Below, in pieces: positions 22,290 to 36,631 of a DNA stretch of 64,000 bases (position 1 is its first letter; the number at the start of each line of letters is the position of its first letter). The stretch covers positions 2,356,001 to 2,420,000 of the forward strand of contig NC_089430.1 of assembly GCF_026210795.1 (NCBI RefSeq). Reading direction: 5' to 3'. The notes beneath the pieces were generated by a model, which did no database searches, was not told where the DNA came from, and worked only from the letters and a program-made list of their open reading frames with translations. A program made the translations under genes and the position numbers. Origin of the DNA: Rhizophagus irregularis. Taxonomy: Eukaryota.

Positions 22290-22930
22290 GATGACATATA
22301 TCCATTCTGCACATTTTTCAAATGCTTCCAGAAAGCCCTGTGGTTGATCAAGTGCTAAGTGCAATATTCTAAGAACATGCTGTAATTGCTGAAAACGTAC
22401 TAATGCTATTGCACCTCTGTTTAGAGAGGCTCAGTGACCCTTCTCGTTTCTTTCTAATTTATATGAAAACAACATCTCAAATTCTTCAATTTCCATCCCA
22501 TGACCTCTAACTAAGTTGGAAACTCTCGACTGAACTGCATGATTATTTTTAATTTTGTTGTATAACCAGCTGATATTTTTCGCTTGTTTAATAGATTCCA
22601 AACCTATATTATATTCATCCATTAAAAGTTTAAACCATTTTCCAATAATATGAGAAATATCATTCCTGGCGTCAGTCTTTATCTCAGAGGAACATTTGTC
22701 TAGCAATAATTAAGTTTAAATTTAACATAACTAAGTATCTGTATTAGACCAAGATATACATACTTTTTATATTTTTCTTTACAATTAACATAGCGTCTTC
22801 TTGAGCGATCACACTTCTCCACTTGTCATATGGAATGTTGAAAAGTTTCGCTATACCTTTAATTTTATAAGTAATCCACGTAGCTTTATTATCTGGATCA
22901 ACTCATACAGAATTTTTTTGTTCCATATAT
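22290..22930 (-). pseudogene. Fragment of unknown gene abutting the element terminus
   Basis: ORF 22431-22706 plus a further open stretch ending at the GC-rich element end; lower, host-like GC. Confidence 0.35.
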
Positions 22931-24245
22931 AATCCATTTTTCTCATAAAATTGTGCCATCAATGAATTAAAACGTAAGTCGTAAACTCGTTATATAGTTT
23001 ATTCTGAAATTTCTCTTATAAATATGATCTCATAGTGTTCCGTACAAATCAGATTTTCGCTCTGCAGATTCAATTTGATTTGGATTCAGTTCGAACCAAA
23101 AAGTTTCCATCACGTGATCTAGTAGCTGTAGAGTTTTTTTTGTTTGATAGATCTTGTTATTCTCATCAAATAAAAAAAAGATCCTAAAAATCAGTTGAGT
23201 AGATCAGAAGTTATTCTTAAAAAATGTTTTTGAACTTAGAAAAACATGCACTTACGATCTAATATATTTCCCCTGATATGCACCATTGAAATATCTGCAT
23301 GAGCAAAAAATTTAATCTACAGGGATACTTCAGATCAAAGTTTGACGCAAAATCATAGTACGTAAATAATAATTTATGCGTTTTTAATTCTAAAAAACTA
23401 TTATGAACACCAGTTCTCTTCTTAACCAAATTCGCCAAATGTATAGCTCAAGAACAATTTTTTGACGGGAATTATATGGTAAATACTCCTAATCATAGAT
23501 TTCAGGTATTTCTATCTTCCAAAGTTTGAGTTCGTTAGTGAAAGTTTTATACTTTTTCGCCTTTATAGCATCCTTGAGCTTGCTAATAGATTTGTTCTTC
23601 TTAATATCAACTTCGAAAGCGTTTGTGAGTGTATTGCTTTTGACAAGACAGAATAAAGTGAGACATGTTTGAGTTATATAGTATTTTTTGTTTTTTTGTG
23701 GAATGTTTATTGGTGCAAACTAGCGTATGTGAGGACAAGTATGATAAAAAAATTTTATTTGCAAAAAGCTCACTATATGCGAGAAATTCATTTATTGCAC
23801 AGGCCTGCCATTTATATTGTATCACAAATGTTACTATAAAAATTGAATCAGAATTAGTACTACTTTCATACTCGCCCATCTCATAATGAAAACCACCTGT
23901 TCATGGCCAATCCAAAGCAATATCTACAACTGCAAAATTTTGAAAAATACGATCATGTTTATGATGCTCAGTTAAACTTTATAATCGTCATTAATAGGAA
24001 GACTAAAGAATATTTGATTTTAATGAGCTTACCCATTATTTAGAAGTGAATCAATTCTATGATAGTATTAACAAAGTAAAATTAATTCAGAATGCTTTCT
24101 TGTATAGCCAAAAAAGCCCCCTAATTCCCACTACTCACCTAATCTGTCAATAGTGACATCATCTCGTACAAATGAGACAAATATGGAAATGCTTTTAGCT
24201 TACAACAACATAAATGATTTGTAATATTTTTTTATTGTATATATA

Positions 24246-24556
24246 CCGTATATCGCGGGCCATAGTACCCCTATGCATAGTACCCCCCTTGAAAAATTTC
24301 ATAGAATTGTATAGTACCCGGGGGGATATTTTACAATTATCTCGTGATTTAGTGATCAGATTTGAGCCATCATTTTTTTGTTTGATAGCTCTCATTGAAC
24401 TCTTCAAAATAAAAAAAAGATCGTTCAAATTGGACTGGTAGATCGTGAGATATTCGCAAAAAACAGAATTTTTAGGCTTTGTTTAGTACCCGGGGGTACA
24501 GGGTCAAACCCCGATTTTTGCAAGATACCCGGGGTACTGTGGCCCGCTATATACGG
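24246..24556. mobile_element. Tc1/mariner-pogo-type MITE
   Basis: TIR CCGTATATCGCGGGCCATAGTACCCC with 2 mismatches, TA TSD. Confidence 0.88.
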
Positions 24557-27046
24557 TAAGTACTTTATTTATAAAATTTATGAAATAAAAACATTGTCGA
24601 AACAACTGATACATAAATTTGCTGTCACACAGCCCTTATTCTGCACATTTCAGGTGATCGATCTCACATGATCGGTCTAAGCCACAATTGCGACTTTGAA
24701 TTTATTGCCTGAAGTGAAGTAAGTAAGACAATATTCTGTTTCATTTCTATACCATGAGCCATGTAATCCATAATTCCCATGTTTTCCATTGCAAATAGGG
24801 CATGGCGAGTTCTACGGCTGAGGTAATGCAAAATTATAATTATCAATTCTTCTAAAACTATTTCAGAATTTTAAGTATGTGAAATGCTTTAAGACAGACT
24901 TAATAATTAATTCTGGATCAGGTTTGGCTTTGAAGGTAATGATAGGCTTGAAATCAGAGGCTTAAGGTTCTGCTAACATATTTATCACAGCTTTTGGTAA
25001 TTGCTATGATTCATTTTCAGTTTCTTTCTTATATGTTTTATATAATTTGGAGCAAATTTTATCTGTCAAAATGCTTGGTAAGACTGCTACTAATTTTTTC
25101 AGATTCTTTTCAGCTCTATAGCAGGCAAATTCCCATTGTATATTTTCTTCAACTTTCAATCCTTTCATTACGCTCTCTTCATTATGACCTTGCCTTCGAA
25201 AATAAGACAATTGTAAGAAATGCTTCTGAGATTCAGGTGAACTAAAATTTTCAATGAATTTTCTATTGCAAATATTATTCCAATCCTCGATACTCATGTC
25301 TTTGCAATAAAGATTCCTCATATAAAAACGTTTAAGTGCCATAGTATCTGCAATAAAACGTTTTTGGTCAAATTTAAGAACTTCAGCTTCTTCAGGACTA
25401 AGATTCTAGAAAGTAGCAATTGCGTTAAAATCCGTATTTTTGATAACTAATGCTTCAACCCTAATCTCATTGCAAACTTTTTTATGATTTTCTATAACTT
25501 CTCAGTTTTCATCCATTTTATAAGTTAGAAAGAAGCACCTGTACTGACTATAAGACTACAAAGCTTTTCAATAAAATATCTTGCAGAAAGACATTTCTGA
25601 TGCTTGACTTCAATGAATGTTATTACAGCCAGAAACTCATTAACTTTATAAGAAATGGTATTATTATTCCATTTACAATGTCCTTTTATTGCTGTGGGTA
25701 AATTATTAGGCCAAGCACTTGCAAGTTCTGCTCAAATATTCTCACGGCCTGGTGGGCGAAAAAGCTCATTAAAATTTTTCTGATAGAACATGAAAATAAT
25801 ACAACGAGAACAGTCACGAATTCGGTAAAGCATTTATGCAAGAGCTTCAACATGAATTGGAGTGACGATATTTGTAATGGCTATGACTATATCGAAATGG
25901 CTTGTAATCTCGAACGATATTTTTGCCTCTACTGTATTTGTATAAGCTACGCAATCAAGTTCATCTCAAGCAACATTAATATCAGAAAAGTCTTTTTGAC
26001 GTTGTCTTCCAAGAAGACGAAGGCTGAAGCAAGATTTATAAAGGTCAAAATCAATAAAAACTGAGTATGGTTTTCCAACTCTATCAGCAACTTTTTTTAC
26101 AAAACCTTCAAGGTCTCTATAATCAATAAAATGGGTATAAGGATACAAATATGCCAATTGCATTTATTAGCATTAGACAAACTGGCTAAAGCAAATGCAT
26201 CTAATATTATGAAATGATTTAAATCAGAATTTATAATATCAGTGCAATTAAGATTCTGGATAATAAATTTTTGCAAGAAATTTTATATTCATCTAAAGAA
26301 GGAAGTTCAAAATTCATGGGATCAGAATACTGCCTTGCATCAATATCTAAAACCAGGCGAAGAGGCAGATTCCTATCAATGCATTTGTGAATATCAGAAA
26401 ATCCATAAACTTTAGATGGATGATCAATTACCGTAAAACCCTTTCCTGCTACCTGAATAATATATTTTGAATAAATCTCTTCAGGATGATAGACGCCTAC
26501 CCTATAAAAAATATGTATACGGTTTTTACACTGTATATACGTATTTTTGATACAGTTCGCATTTTTACATACGGCATATCAGTATAATGTATACTGTTTG
26601 CAAAATGTGTTTAGTAAAAAATACAATAAAGTATACGGTAAACATACTGTGTGATACGGTATATTAAATTCATATGTCTATAACGTATACCATTTCTACT
26701 GTATATCAGTATTTTGTATACGGTTCACAAAAATATTGTAAATGAAGGATACGGTATACGTATTATTCTACAGTATATTAAAATTCATACGTTTATAACG
26801 TATTTTCTACAGATATACACAGGTCAAATAAATAAAAATCAGATTTTTGCCCTTTTTAATATGGCTGTCTGATTTTTTGGCAATTTTAATATAATATTTC
26901 CAATTTTAATAAATATTTTTGATTTTAATATAATATTTCTGATTTTTAACATGAAATTGCCGATTTTTGGCTATTTGTAATAGGATTTTTCGATTTTAAT
27001 ATAAAATTTCTAATTTTAATATATAACATGTGATTATGTATTACGG

Positions 27047-28285
27047 TGTAGCCATAGATACTGGAGTAATCGCATAATATGGAGGAATAATATGGAATAA
27101 AAGATCAAACGATAGAAAGTCACATGATTGGATAAAATTAACCGGAAAGGATAAACTTTTAGGAGAAGGAATGATCTACATGATGTAATGTTTATTAAAT
27201 GATTAACGGAGAACCAATAGATCAAGTAGGGAGTCGATCGATGTGGTTTAGCAACCAGTTTATCAAGTTCAACAATAGGAACAATTAGGAGGAGTAATCA
27301 TAAGCCACAAATGATAAATCATATAAAAAGGAAGGATAGCGAATTAAAGGAACAAAAAAATAGGAACATGTAAAATATTGATGAACTGCAGCCGCAGTAG
27401 AAGAATAGCTGACGAGACGCAGTAGAAAAGATAGCACAGCCACAAAAGATGGATCTTTACGATATAATATTTGAAAGATTATTTTATTTTAAAGAAAAGA
27501 TAGCACAGCCACAAAAGATGGATCTTTACGATATAATATTTGAAAGATTATTTTATTTTAAAGAAAAGATAGCACAGCCACAAAAGATGGATCTTTACGA
27601 TATAATATTTGAAAGATTATTTTATTTTAAAGAAAAGATAGCATATTAAAATAGTATAACATATTAGAAAAGATAACATATAAAATAGCATATAAGATAG
27701 CGCATAAAAGATAACATATAAAATATTAGAAAGAAATAAGAAGTAGGAAAAGAAAGAATAAGAAAGTTGGTTTAAATAGGAGCGGAATGGGAAGTGAATT
27801 CCACAGTCGTCAGATACGATGTAAAACTTTAAGTAAATTAGTTAATTGTGAATTTTATGAAGAATAAATAAAATACCCTTTATATGAAAATTAATTGTTT
27901 CGATTGTTTTTGTTACTATTTTCTTATGATGAAAAAGTAATTTTGTTTAATTAATTGTTAGTAAAGCGTAATGTTATTTTAAAGGTAATAGGTTTGCCCT
28001 AAACTTTACTGTAATGTTCGCTTAATTAATTTTAATTGGACAAATTCATGGTGAATTTAATGTCATAACAAGAATTATGAAATGAATAAAATATAAACTT
28101 GTGTAAAGAAAACTATCGTATTTTGAAAGAAGATAATGGATGAAATATCGTGGCGAGAGCTATCGCAATTTGAAAGTTAAGTAGTAATAAAACTAAACCA
28201 AGCAAGAATATTAATGTTTCGCTGAGAGCACATATAACAGAAGCAGGGAACTTTGTTTACCGCCGGGTGGCAGACGGGGGTGACA
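27047..28285 (+). mobile_element. Probable solo LTR
   Basis: TGT...ACA termini, 4-bp TSD ACGG on both sides, TATA-like TTTAAATA at ~27771 and AATAAA at ~27863. Confidence 0.62.
27424..27643 (+). repeat. 69-bp tandem repeat, 3 copies
   Basis: AGAAAAGATAGCACAGCCACAAAAGATGGATC... repeated exactly. Confidence 0.95.
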
Positions 28286-28648
28286 ACGGTTTAATATTTA
28301 TTTATTAACTTAGATTTTTTTTTTTTATTTCAGTTATAATTATTTTTTTGCCTCAAAAACTTTACTAAAATACTTTTTAAATACTTTATAAAATAGAATT
28401 AAAATATTTTTTTTCTTAAATATAAACACATTTAAATTAAATAACTCATAATTTAAAATATAAACAAATATTATATTTTTTTTACACATATTTCAAAGTA
28501 TGGTTTAAGCATTTTGGTTAAAGTAAATCTTATTCTTTTAATTAAAAGTAGTTCAGTAAGTTTAAAACTGTTAAGATATTAATCTTCATAAAAGTACAGT
28601 TAATATTTTTGGAATTATTTACATTTTTTATATAATACAGTAGTATTA

Positions 28649-28955
28649 GACCACACAAATTCAATTTTTCGGTTCACGTAACATTGAAATTTAAAATCGA
28701 CCCGGGGACCCGGGGTTTATTGTTTATTAGTAAAAAAAGTTTATATATAAAATCGTGATATTTGATTGGTTGACTTTTAAAAGGGAGGAATTTATTTTCG
28801 CTCTAGAAGTTCTCAGCTGCGTGATAAACTTACCCACCAATAAATTTACGTCCTGATCACGTGATAAATTTTTTATATATAAACTTTTTTTTATTGAAAT
28901 TTGAAAAAGTGACCCGGCCGGGTGAAGTGAACCGAAAATTCGAATTTGTGTGGCC
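28649..28955. mobile_element. Harbinger/Zator-type MITE
   Basis: 29-bp imperfect TIR G(A/G)CCACACAAATTC..TTTTCGGTTCAC, TTA TSD. Confidence 0.78.
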
Positions 28956-28959
28956 TTAA

Positions 28960-30215
28960 GTTACAAATTTTTTTACCTTCAGAACGTATTTTGAGATCTT
29001 TTGCCAAAGTAAATCAACTTCTTATATTAATTGTAAGTTGTTTGGCAGGTTAAAATCTACTTGAATATTAAGTTTCACGAAGGTACAGTTATTACTTGAT
29101 GAGTTATTCACAATTTTCACAACAGTACTCATTTACGAATTTTATTTTTTTCATTTTATCACTTCAGAGCGTATTTTGAGACTTTATCCAAAGTAAACCA
29201 ACTTCTAATATTAATTGAAAGTTGTTTAGCATGTCAAAATCTACTTGAATATTAATTTTCACGAAGGTACAGTTAATACTTGATGAGTTATTAATGATTT
29301 TCACAACGGTACTCATTTACGAATTTTATTTTTTTCCGTTTTGTCACTTCAGAGCGTATTTTGAGCACTTTATCCAAAGTAAACCAACTTCTTATATTAA
29401 TTGAAAGTTGTTTAGCATGTCAAAATCTACTTGAATATTAATTTTCACGAAGGTACAGTTAATACTTGATGAGTTATTCACAATTTTCACAACGGTACTC
29501 ATTCACGAATTTTATTTTTTTCCGTTTTGTCACTTCAGAGCGTATTTTGAGCACTTTAGCCAATGTAAATCGACTTCTTATATTAATTGAAAGTTATTCA
29601 GCATGTCAAAATCTACTTGGATATTAATTTTTACGAAGGTACAGTTAATACTTGATGAGTTATTCACGATTTTCACAACGGTACTCATTCACGAATTTTA
29701 TTTTTTCCATTTTGTCACTTCAGAGCGTATTTTGAGCACTTTAGCCAAAGCAAATCGACTTCATTTATTAATTGAATATTGTTCATCATGTCAAAATCTA
29801 CTTGAATATTAATTTTCACGAAGGTACAGTTAATACTTGATGAGTTATTCACAATTTTCACAACGGTACTCATTCACGAATTTTATTTTTTTCCGTTTTG
29901 TCACTTCAGAGCGTATTTTGAGCACTTTAGCCAAAGTAAATCGACTTCTTATATTAATTGAAAGTTGTTCAGCATGTCAAAATCTACTTGGATATTAATT
30001 TTTACGAAGGTACAGTTAATACTTGATGAGTTATTCCCGATTTTCACAATGGTACTCATTCACGAATTTTATTTTTTCCATTTTGTCACTTCAGAGCGTA
30101 TTTTGAGCACTTTAGCCAAAGCAAATCGACTTCATTTATTAATTGAAAATTGTTCAGCAGCTTAGAATCTACTTGAATATTTATTTTAATGAAGGTACAG
30201 TTAATATTTGTGGAA
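28960..30215. repeat. ~185-bp tandem satellite, ~7 units
   Basis: CTTCAGAGCG anchors at ~28977 (variant), 29162, 29347, 29533, 29718, 29904 and 30089. Confidence 0.93.
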
Positions 30216-30839
30216 TTATTAATTTTTATAATTGTGCATATTACATTGAATTACAAGTAAATTTATATTCTTAAATGTATTTTGTTTAAAATTTAATTAT
30301 TTAAGATTAGTTTTTTATTTAATATTGCTTAATAAAATATTTTTTAAAATTTAATTCAATATTACAATATAATTTTTTATAAAAATATATATTTCATAAT
30401 GTACAGTATATACAATTTTTTTGTATAGTGAAAAAACTGAAAAATGTAGTTAAGAATTGGTAATACGGCTGTAAAAAGTCACAAATCAGACAAATATAGC
30501 TAAAATCAGCAATCCGATTTGAATATGCAATTTAAAAATTGGCATATCCAATTTTTGTCAATTCGTACTAATTACTAAAAAATCAGCTACAAAAAGTTAC
30601 AAATCGGACAAATATAGCCAAAAATTGGCTATCTGATTTTTTTGCCAGTTTTTATTTATTTGACGTAAGTTTTTCTACACTTTAAAGCATCAAACAATAC
30701 TAGTATCCACTAATATATACTACCCTAAAACTCACTGATGTAAAATCACAATTATTAAAAATTCACAAGAATTTTTGTTAATACTGTTTAATTTTTAAGT
30801 TCAAAGTCTGATTGATAATACTAAATTCAAAACTCAATT

Positions 30840-32540
30840 ATAAATCATTTTTATAAATTAGTATTAAGATTTTAATTTAAAAATTAAGCAGTATCAAGGA
30901 AAATTCTTGCGAATTTTTCTTAATACTGCTTAATTCTAATTTAACTAATTTAGTATTAAGGCTTTAATTTAAAAATTAAGCAGTATCAAGGAAAATTCTT
31001 GCGAATTTTTCTTAATACTGCTTATATTCGCCAATTTGTGGAATTAGCCAAAATTAAGATTTTCATAAAGATTTGCACATTTTAACAAGAATTATGTTTC
31101 ACAAGCTTAAATTATATGTATTACATAATCAGATGATCTAAATCTATCAAAAAATAAAAAAAAATTTTTTAACGTTTATTCAAAAATAACAATGGCAACT
31201 ACTTTCTTTTTTAATCACTTTTCAATCACTTTTCAATCACTTTTCAATCAGATTTTTGTTAGGTGACTTAGAAAAGTTTATAGGCATATATAGCAGGTTT
31301 TTTTTAATCAATAATTAAGAAAACAAATATTAATAATTTATATTAATAAGAAAAATCTTTTTTCATTTATTTTTAACCTTAGTTCCTTCTTTTTTTAGTA
31401 AAAATATACAAAATAAAAATGTGAGTTATGCTTTAGAGTTTTTGAGATGTTTTTTTTTGTTTTTTACTATACTGATTTTATTCTACTTGTTAATTACTTT
31501 TTAAAATTGATTTTATTAATTTATTCAATTTAAAACAGAAATAGCAAATAAAACCTTGTTAAGTAAAGTAAAAAGAGCTCAATAATACCTGTAAAGATTA
31601 TCTTTTGGTAAGAATTATAATTTTAAAAATTTTTGTATCAGAGTTTTATTCAATTAACAAAATCGTTAATATATCAGCGTAAATACATGTAAACACATAT
31701 ATTTATATTCATATGAAAGGCCAGAACCTAAACTACCTGAACGAAAAAAGATCATTCAAATTGAATTACTAGATGTGAAGATATTAACGATCAAAGTCAA
31801 AAGTTAAAAACAAATATATTGAACGTAATTATTCAGCAACTTGTGATTCAATTTATGCGATATTTGGTTTATAGATAGCTCTTGATTACCTCTTTCTAAT
31901 GAATATAAATTCATTCATCTAGCACAGATACACGTTAAGTTATTCAATATTTTGTCATGACAATTATATTTAAATTTTTTAATTTTAATGATATTATTAA
32001 AAAAAATCAAAAAATAATATAATCAAATCAATTTTATTTATGTCAACTGGTGTGAATCTATCATTTTCATGTAACTTGTATTTGCATTTGCTTAATAAAG
32101 TTAGTTTTTTGAATATAAAAACTTAATTCCATAAATCAGCCCATATGTTAAGGGGAGTTACACATATCACGTAATATTCATTTTATTATAAACCTTACCC
32201 CCCGTTAGATTTCATAACCAATCAAATTATAATATTTATAAATCATATGATTTAAATAAGTGTAACGTAAAATTTTAACTACCCCCTCCCCCCTATAATA
32301 ATTACATAATATGTGTAAGCCCTAATTCTAATTTAACTATTAAGCAGTATTAAGGAAAATTCTTGCGAATTTTTCTTAATACTGCTTAATTCTAATTTAA
32401 CTAATTTAATATTAAGGCTTTAATTTAAAAATTAAGCAGTATCAAAGAAAATTCTTACAAATTTTTCTTAATTCTAATTTAACTAATTTAGTATTAAGGC
32501 TTTAATTTAAAAATTAAGCAGTATTAAAAAAAATTTTTAC
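30840..32540. repeat. ~92-bp palindromic repeat units interrupted by a nested insertion
   Basis: TTAAGCAGTAT(C/T)AAGGAAAATTCTTGCGAATTTTTCTTAATACTGCTTAA at ~30884, 30976 and 32340, with a degenerate copy at ~32432. Confidence 0.75.
32152..32322. mobile_element. Small MITE with TAA TSD
   Basis: GGGGAGTTACACATATCACGTAAT / ATTACATAATATGTGTAAGCCC flanked by TAA. Confidence 0.55.
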
Positions 32541-34649
32541 AAATTTTCTTATTAAAAAAAAGAACTTTTAAATTACTAATTGAACTTTAAAAACAATCTG
32601 TATGATTTAAATTTTAAAAAAATACTTCTGCTTTTTAATTTTCGCATTTCTATATTTAACCAATTAAAATTCAGCTGATCGCTGATCACATGCATTAATA
32701 ACACGTTATTGTTTATTTTTTGTTTTCTCTTCTTTTTTTTAGAAAAAAAAAGACAATAAAAATGAATACCAAAACTATTTTAACATATAATAATAAAAAT
32801 TAAATAAAAAACTTATTTTGATAATATACAATATATATATTTGTACTAAACTACTAATTATACAAAAAGTGATACGCACGTATATCAATTAACAATTACT
32901 TTTGCTAATATCTCTCTGGAATTGTAATGGTGAATTTTAACAATATTAATTAAACAACTATATGTACACCTTTTTATGTTTTTATTTTTATATTAATATT
33001 ATATGTTAACATATATTAATTATATTTTTTTTTACTTTTATGTATTTTATTTAATTTTTTTAATATATTACTAACATTACTACTATCGTTTTATTACTTT
33101 TTTATATCTAACTAATATATTAATAATATTACTAACTTTTTATTATTTCTTTTTTATATTTAAAATAATGATAATATTACTAATTAAGTTTCTTTTTTTT
33201 TACTAACCTTTTATTATTCCTTTTTTATATTTAAAATAATGATAATATTATAATATTACTAATTAAATTTCTTTTTTTTTGTTTATATTTTGCTAATATT
33301 ATTTTTTTTACAAATAGTATATTATTTTATACTAGTTTTTTATTTATATTATTTATAAAAAATATTTGTATATTTAATATTATTTAATAAAAATTTTATT
33401 GATTATAAATGCATTTTAAATTCTGTTTGCAAATATAAAATATACGATTTAATTGAATAATATATACTATTTATCAGTACAAAATATGCAGTTTAAACTG
33501 GAAAAAAGTACTGTTTATCAGTATAAAATATACGGTTTATCCTGGAAAAGTATACTGTTCGCAATATAAAATATAAAACAATATACTGTTTATTAGTATA
33601 AAACATACAGTTTTTCTACTGTTTACAAGTATAAAACATACGGGTAAAACTGGAAAAATATACTGTACGCAAACCGTATATATGATACGGTGTGCAGAAT
33701 ACCGAATATATACAGTATGTGAAAATACTGTAATCATACGGTAATAATACTATAAATATACTGTTCGCAAAATACGAAAATACAGTATACTAACCGTATA
33801 TATATTTTTTATAGGGCTAGAAGAAAGATATCATTTTTATTATTAGACAAATATTGAAAGTATATATGATCATTATAATCAGACTCATAGTTAAGGTCCG
33901 CTAACCCTGAAAAGAGCCTGATTGCTTCATTTATTGTTTTAGGGCTCAGCCTGGGTTTTTTTTGCGCAAGAAGCATGATGTATATGCAAGAAAACAGTAT
34001 AAAATAACAAAGAAACTTGTAAAGTTCAAATAAAAAATCTATATGATCGCTAGTAAAGTATTGGGTCAGTAGTAGTACCCAAAGTAATCAATATAATAAT
34101 GCCTAAAAGTAATTGATATAGTAGTACCCTAAAGTATCCCAGAGTAGTAACTATACAGGAAAGAGTTCGAGAAACGCAAGGGTGAAAACTAGGGTATAGA
34201 TTTAGTAGTATTTACAGGTAGAATAATATATAGGAAAGAAAATAGAAAGTTATGCTTATAGATACTACTAGCGATAGGCAGGAAAGAGATCGGAAAGGCA
34301 AAAAGGTTCAGGAGAATACACTAAAAAAAAGTATAAAAGCTGTAAATTCTGAATCAATTTGGCACTTTGTGCCTCATTCTTGGCAATCAAAAGGGTCATA
34401 GATGGAATTGCGCATCTGGGTCACCAATTCAGCACTTCATACCTCATTATTAGCAATCAAAGAGTAAGTGAATGAATTGCAACACATCTTCAGCAAATAG
34501 ATAGATTGCAAATTCAGCACTTTATGCCTCATCCGGCAATCAAATGGGCATCTCTAAACCTCCAACCAACTGATTTACCAGACTGAACTCTGAATATTCT
34601 TTGAAAGTAACGAGAAAGTTGCAAGAAAGTAACAGGAAAGTGCTAGAAA

Positions 34650-36206
34650 AGGACCCAGAAAATGCTTATACAGTATATGTAAGGTACCAAGGTGCTTAGC
34701 CAACATAGTAAAGTTTTATGATGTAAGAATTTTATAATGCTTAATTTTAAGAAAATTTTATACTATGTAAGATAATTAAATTGCATATTTTTGGTATTAT
34801 TTTAAAATACTAAGAGTTTTTAGTTGCTTATTTTTCATATTTATATAACTTTTTAAAATATTATATATTGAATTTATAATTAATTTTTATTTTATTTTCA
34901 CTAACGGTAAGTGTTAATTTTGTACTACATTTCACAATTTTATATAAATACATAAACAAAAATTTTTTTTTGATGAAATTTCATTTTTTTTTCAATGTTT
35001 TATTAATTATCTGCCAATAGTATCTTTTTAATTTTTATTAAACTCAGTGTATTATTTTTAATATAAAATTACTATATTATACATGTTTATTTTGTTAAAT
35101 AGTAAAATTACTATAAATATGTTTTACTTTAAATATAATTTCAATACTCACCACTTTGGTTATATCAAATTATCTTTTATGCTTAAGTAAGTTTGTTCAG
35201 CAAGTTAAATCTACTTGTATTTTAATTTTCATAAGGCTAAGTATGATATTTATATAGAAAAGCATATTTTTTTTAACGGTAATAACTTTTAAATTTTTCA
35301 CTTTTTCGTTTATAACTTCAGAGCGTAATTACACCACTTCAGTCAAATGTAATCGACCTTCTAAATTAATTGAAAGTTGTTCAGCAAGGTCGAAACTACT
35401 TATATATTAATTTTCATGAGTGTGGGTATAATACTTATGGAGAAAAGTGCATTTTTCATAACGGTACTAACTTCCGAATTTTTCATTTCTCCATTTACAA
35501 CTTCAGAGCGTAATTACACCTCTTTGGTCAAATGAAATCGACTTTCTAAATTAATTGAAAATTGTTCAGCAAGGTCGAAACTACCTACATATTAATTTTT
35601 ATGGGTGTAAGTATAATACTTATGGAGAAATTTACATTTTTTGTAATAGTATTAATTTCGAATTTTTCTTTTACTGTTTATTAACTTTATTAATTGAATA
35701 TTGTTAATCTATTTGTATATTATGTTTAGTTTAGCTTCACAACATATTTAAAATTGGATTTAATAAAATATATTAATTAATAAATATATTTTATAGATTA
35801 TATGTGTTATAATAAAAATTTAATTAGGTTAGAAGATTGATTTGCTTATTTTTATATAATTTTTAAGGTTAGATATTAACAATGCTTAGCGATTATAGTA
35901 AAAACCTATGCTTAGAGCTATACATGTAGCCGAAACCTCTATGAAGCTGGACAGAGTTTCGGACTTTCAGTAATTTAATTATAATAAATTATTAAAAACT
36001 ATCCAGAAATCCATCCGAAACTCCATAGACTTTATATTATAGTTTCGGCTGGATGTAGAGATTAATTTTTATCATTTTTTAACTTAATTTTTATTTAAAG
36101 ACATGGCCGAAAATCACGTGAAAAGGTTTCGGCTACAAGTATACTTAGAGCTACTAATAAAAAATATTTTTGGGACCTTACCTATATAAGTATTTTCTGG
36201 GGTCCT
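34650..36206. mobile_element. Non-autonomous P-like element
   Basis: TIR AGGACCC(C)AGAAAAT(G/A)CTTATA, 8-bp TSD GCTAGAAA, internal 185-bp repeats. Confidence 0.82.
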
Positions 36207-36631
36207 GCTAGAAACTGAAGGCGCAGTAAATTTTTATTCAACTTCGGCTTGACCAATACTATTCCACAATTTCGGCCAGAACTTTGGATATAATAATTTG
36301 GCATCCAAGCTGGCATATAAGTAGTCTGAACTGGCAAATTAATAAAACTATACTAGCTTCTTGCCAGTTCCATAGCACTAAGTTAGATTCCAAAAAATTA
36401 TATGTCCAAAAAAATCAGTCAAAGTTGTCTTCATTATAATGCCAGCCAAAATTAGTAATACTATATGGCAAAGGGTGTTCTGGGCTTCTGGTATCAGAAT
36501 GGTATCACGTGACTATGGCGCAATAAGGCACAGTATAAATTCGCTTAATTTCAGCTAACACTATTGACTATTCTATGATTTTGGCCATAATTTTGAATAT
36601 AATAATTTGGCATCCAAGCTGGCATATAAGT

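Larger units (their letters stand above)
26500..33816. mobile_element. Non-autonomous CACTA/CMC-like transposon, 7.3 kb, with nested repeats
   Basis: TIR CCCTATAAAAAATAT(G/A)TATACGGTT, 3-bp TSD CTA, dense TAC(A/G)GTA subterminal repeats at both ends. Confidence 0.88.
25000..33976 (-). pseudogene. AEP primase (PrimPol-like) / UL9-like origin-binding helicase fusion, decayed and split
   Basis: HKCID..PLRLVLDID, FIDFDLYKSCFSLRLLG (AEP-like); YTNTVEAKISFE..HFD and *MLYRIRD (SF2 motifs V and VI). The N-terminus at 33976-33820 joins 26499 in frame once the insertion is removed. Confidence 0.7.

Noticed and set aside
23607..24990. Decayed coding fragments, including a CPIC..H motif near 24790
   Set aside because: Too degraded to assign a product or boundaries
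27449..30165. ORFs 27449-27649, 29603-29812 and 29965-30165
   Set aside because: By-products of tandem repeats
26823..30664. Nested TIR element bounded by GTCAAATAAATAAAAA
   Set aside because: The inverted repeat is real but short and AT-rich, and no TSD could be assigned
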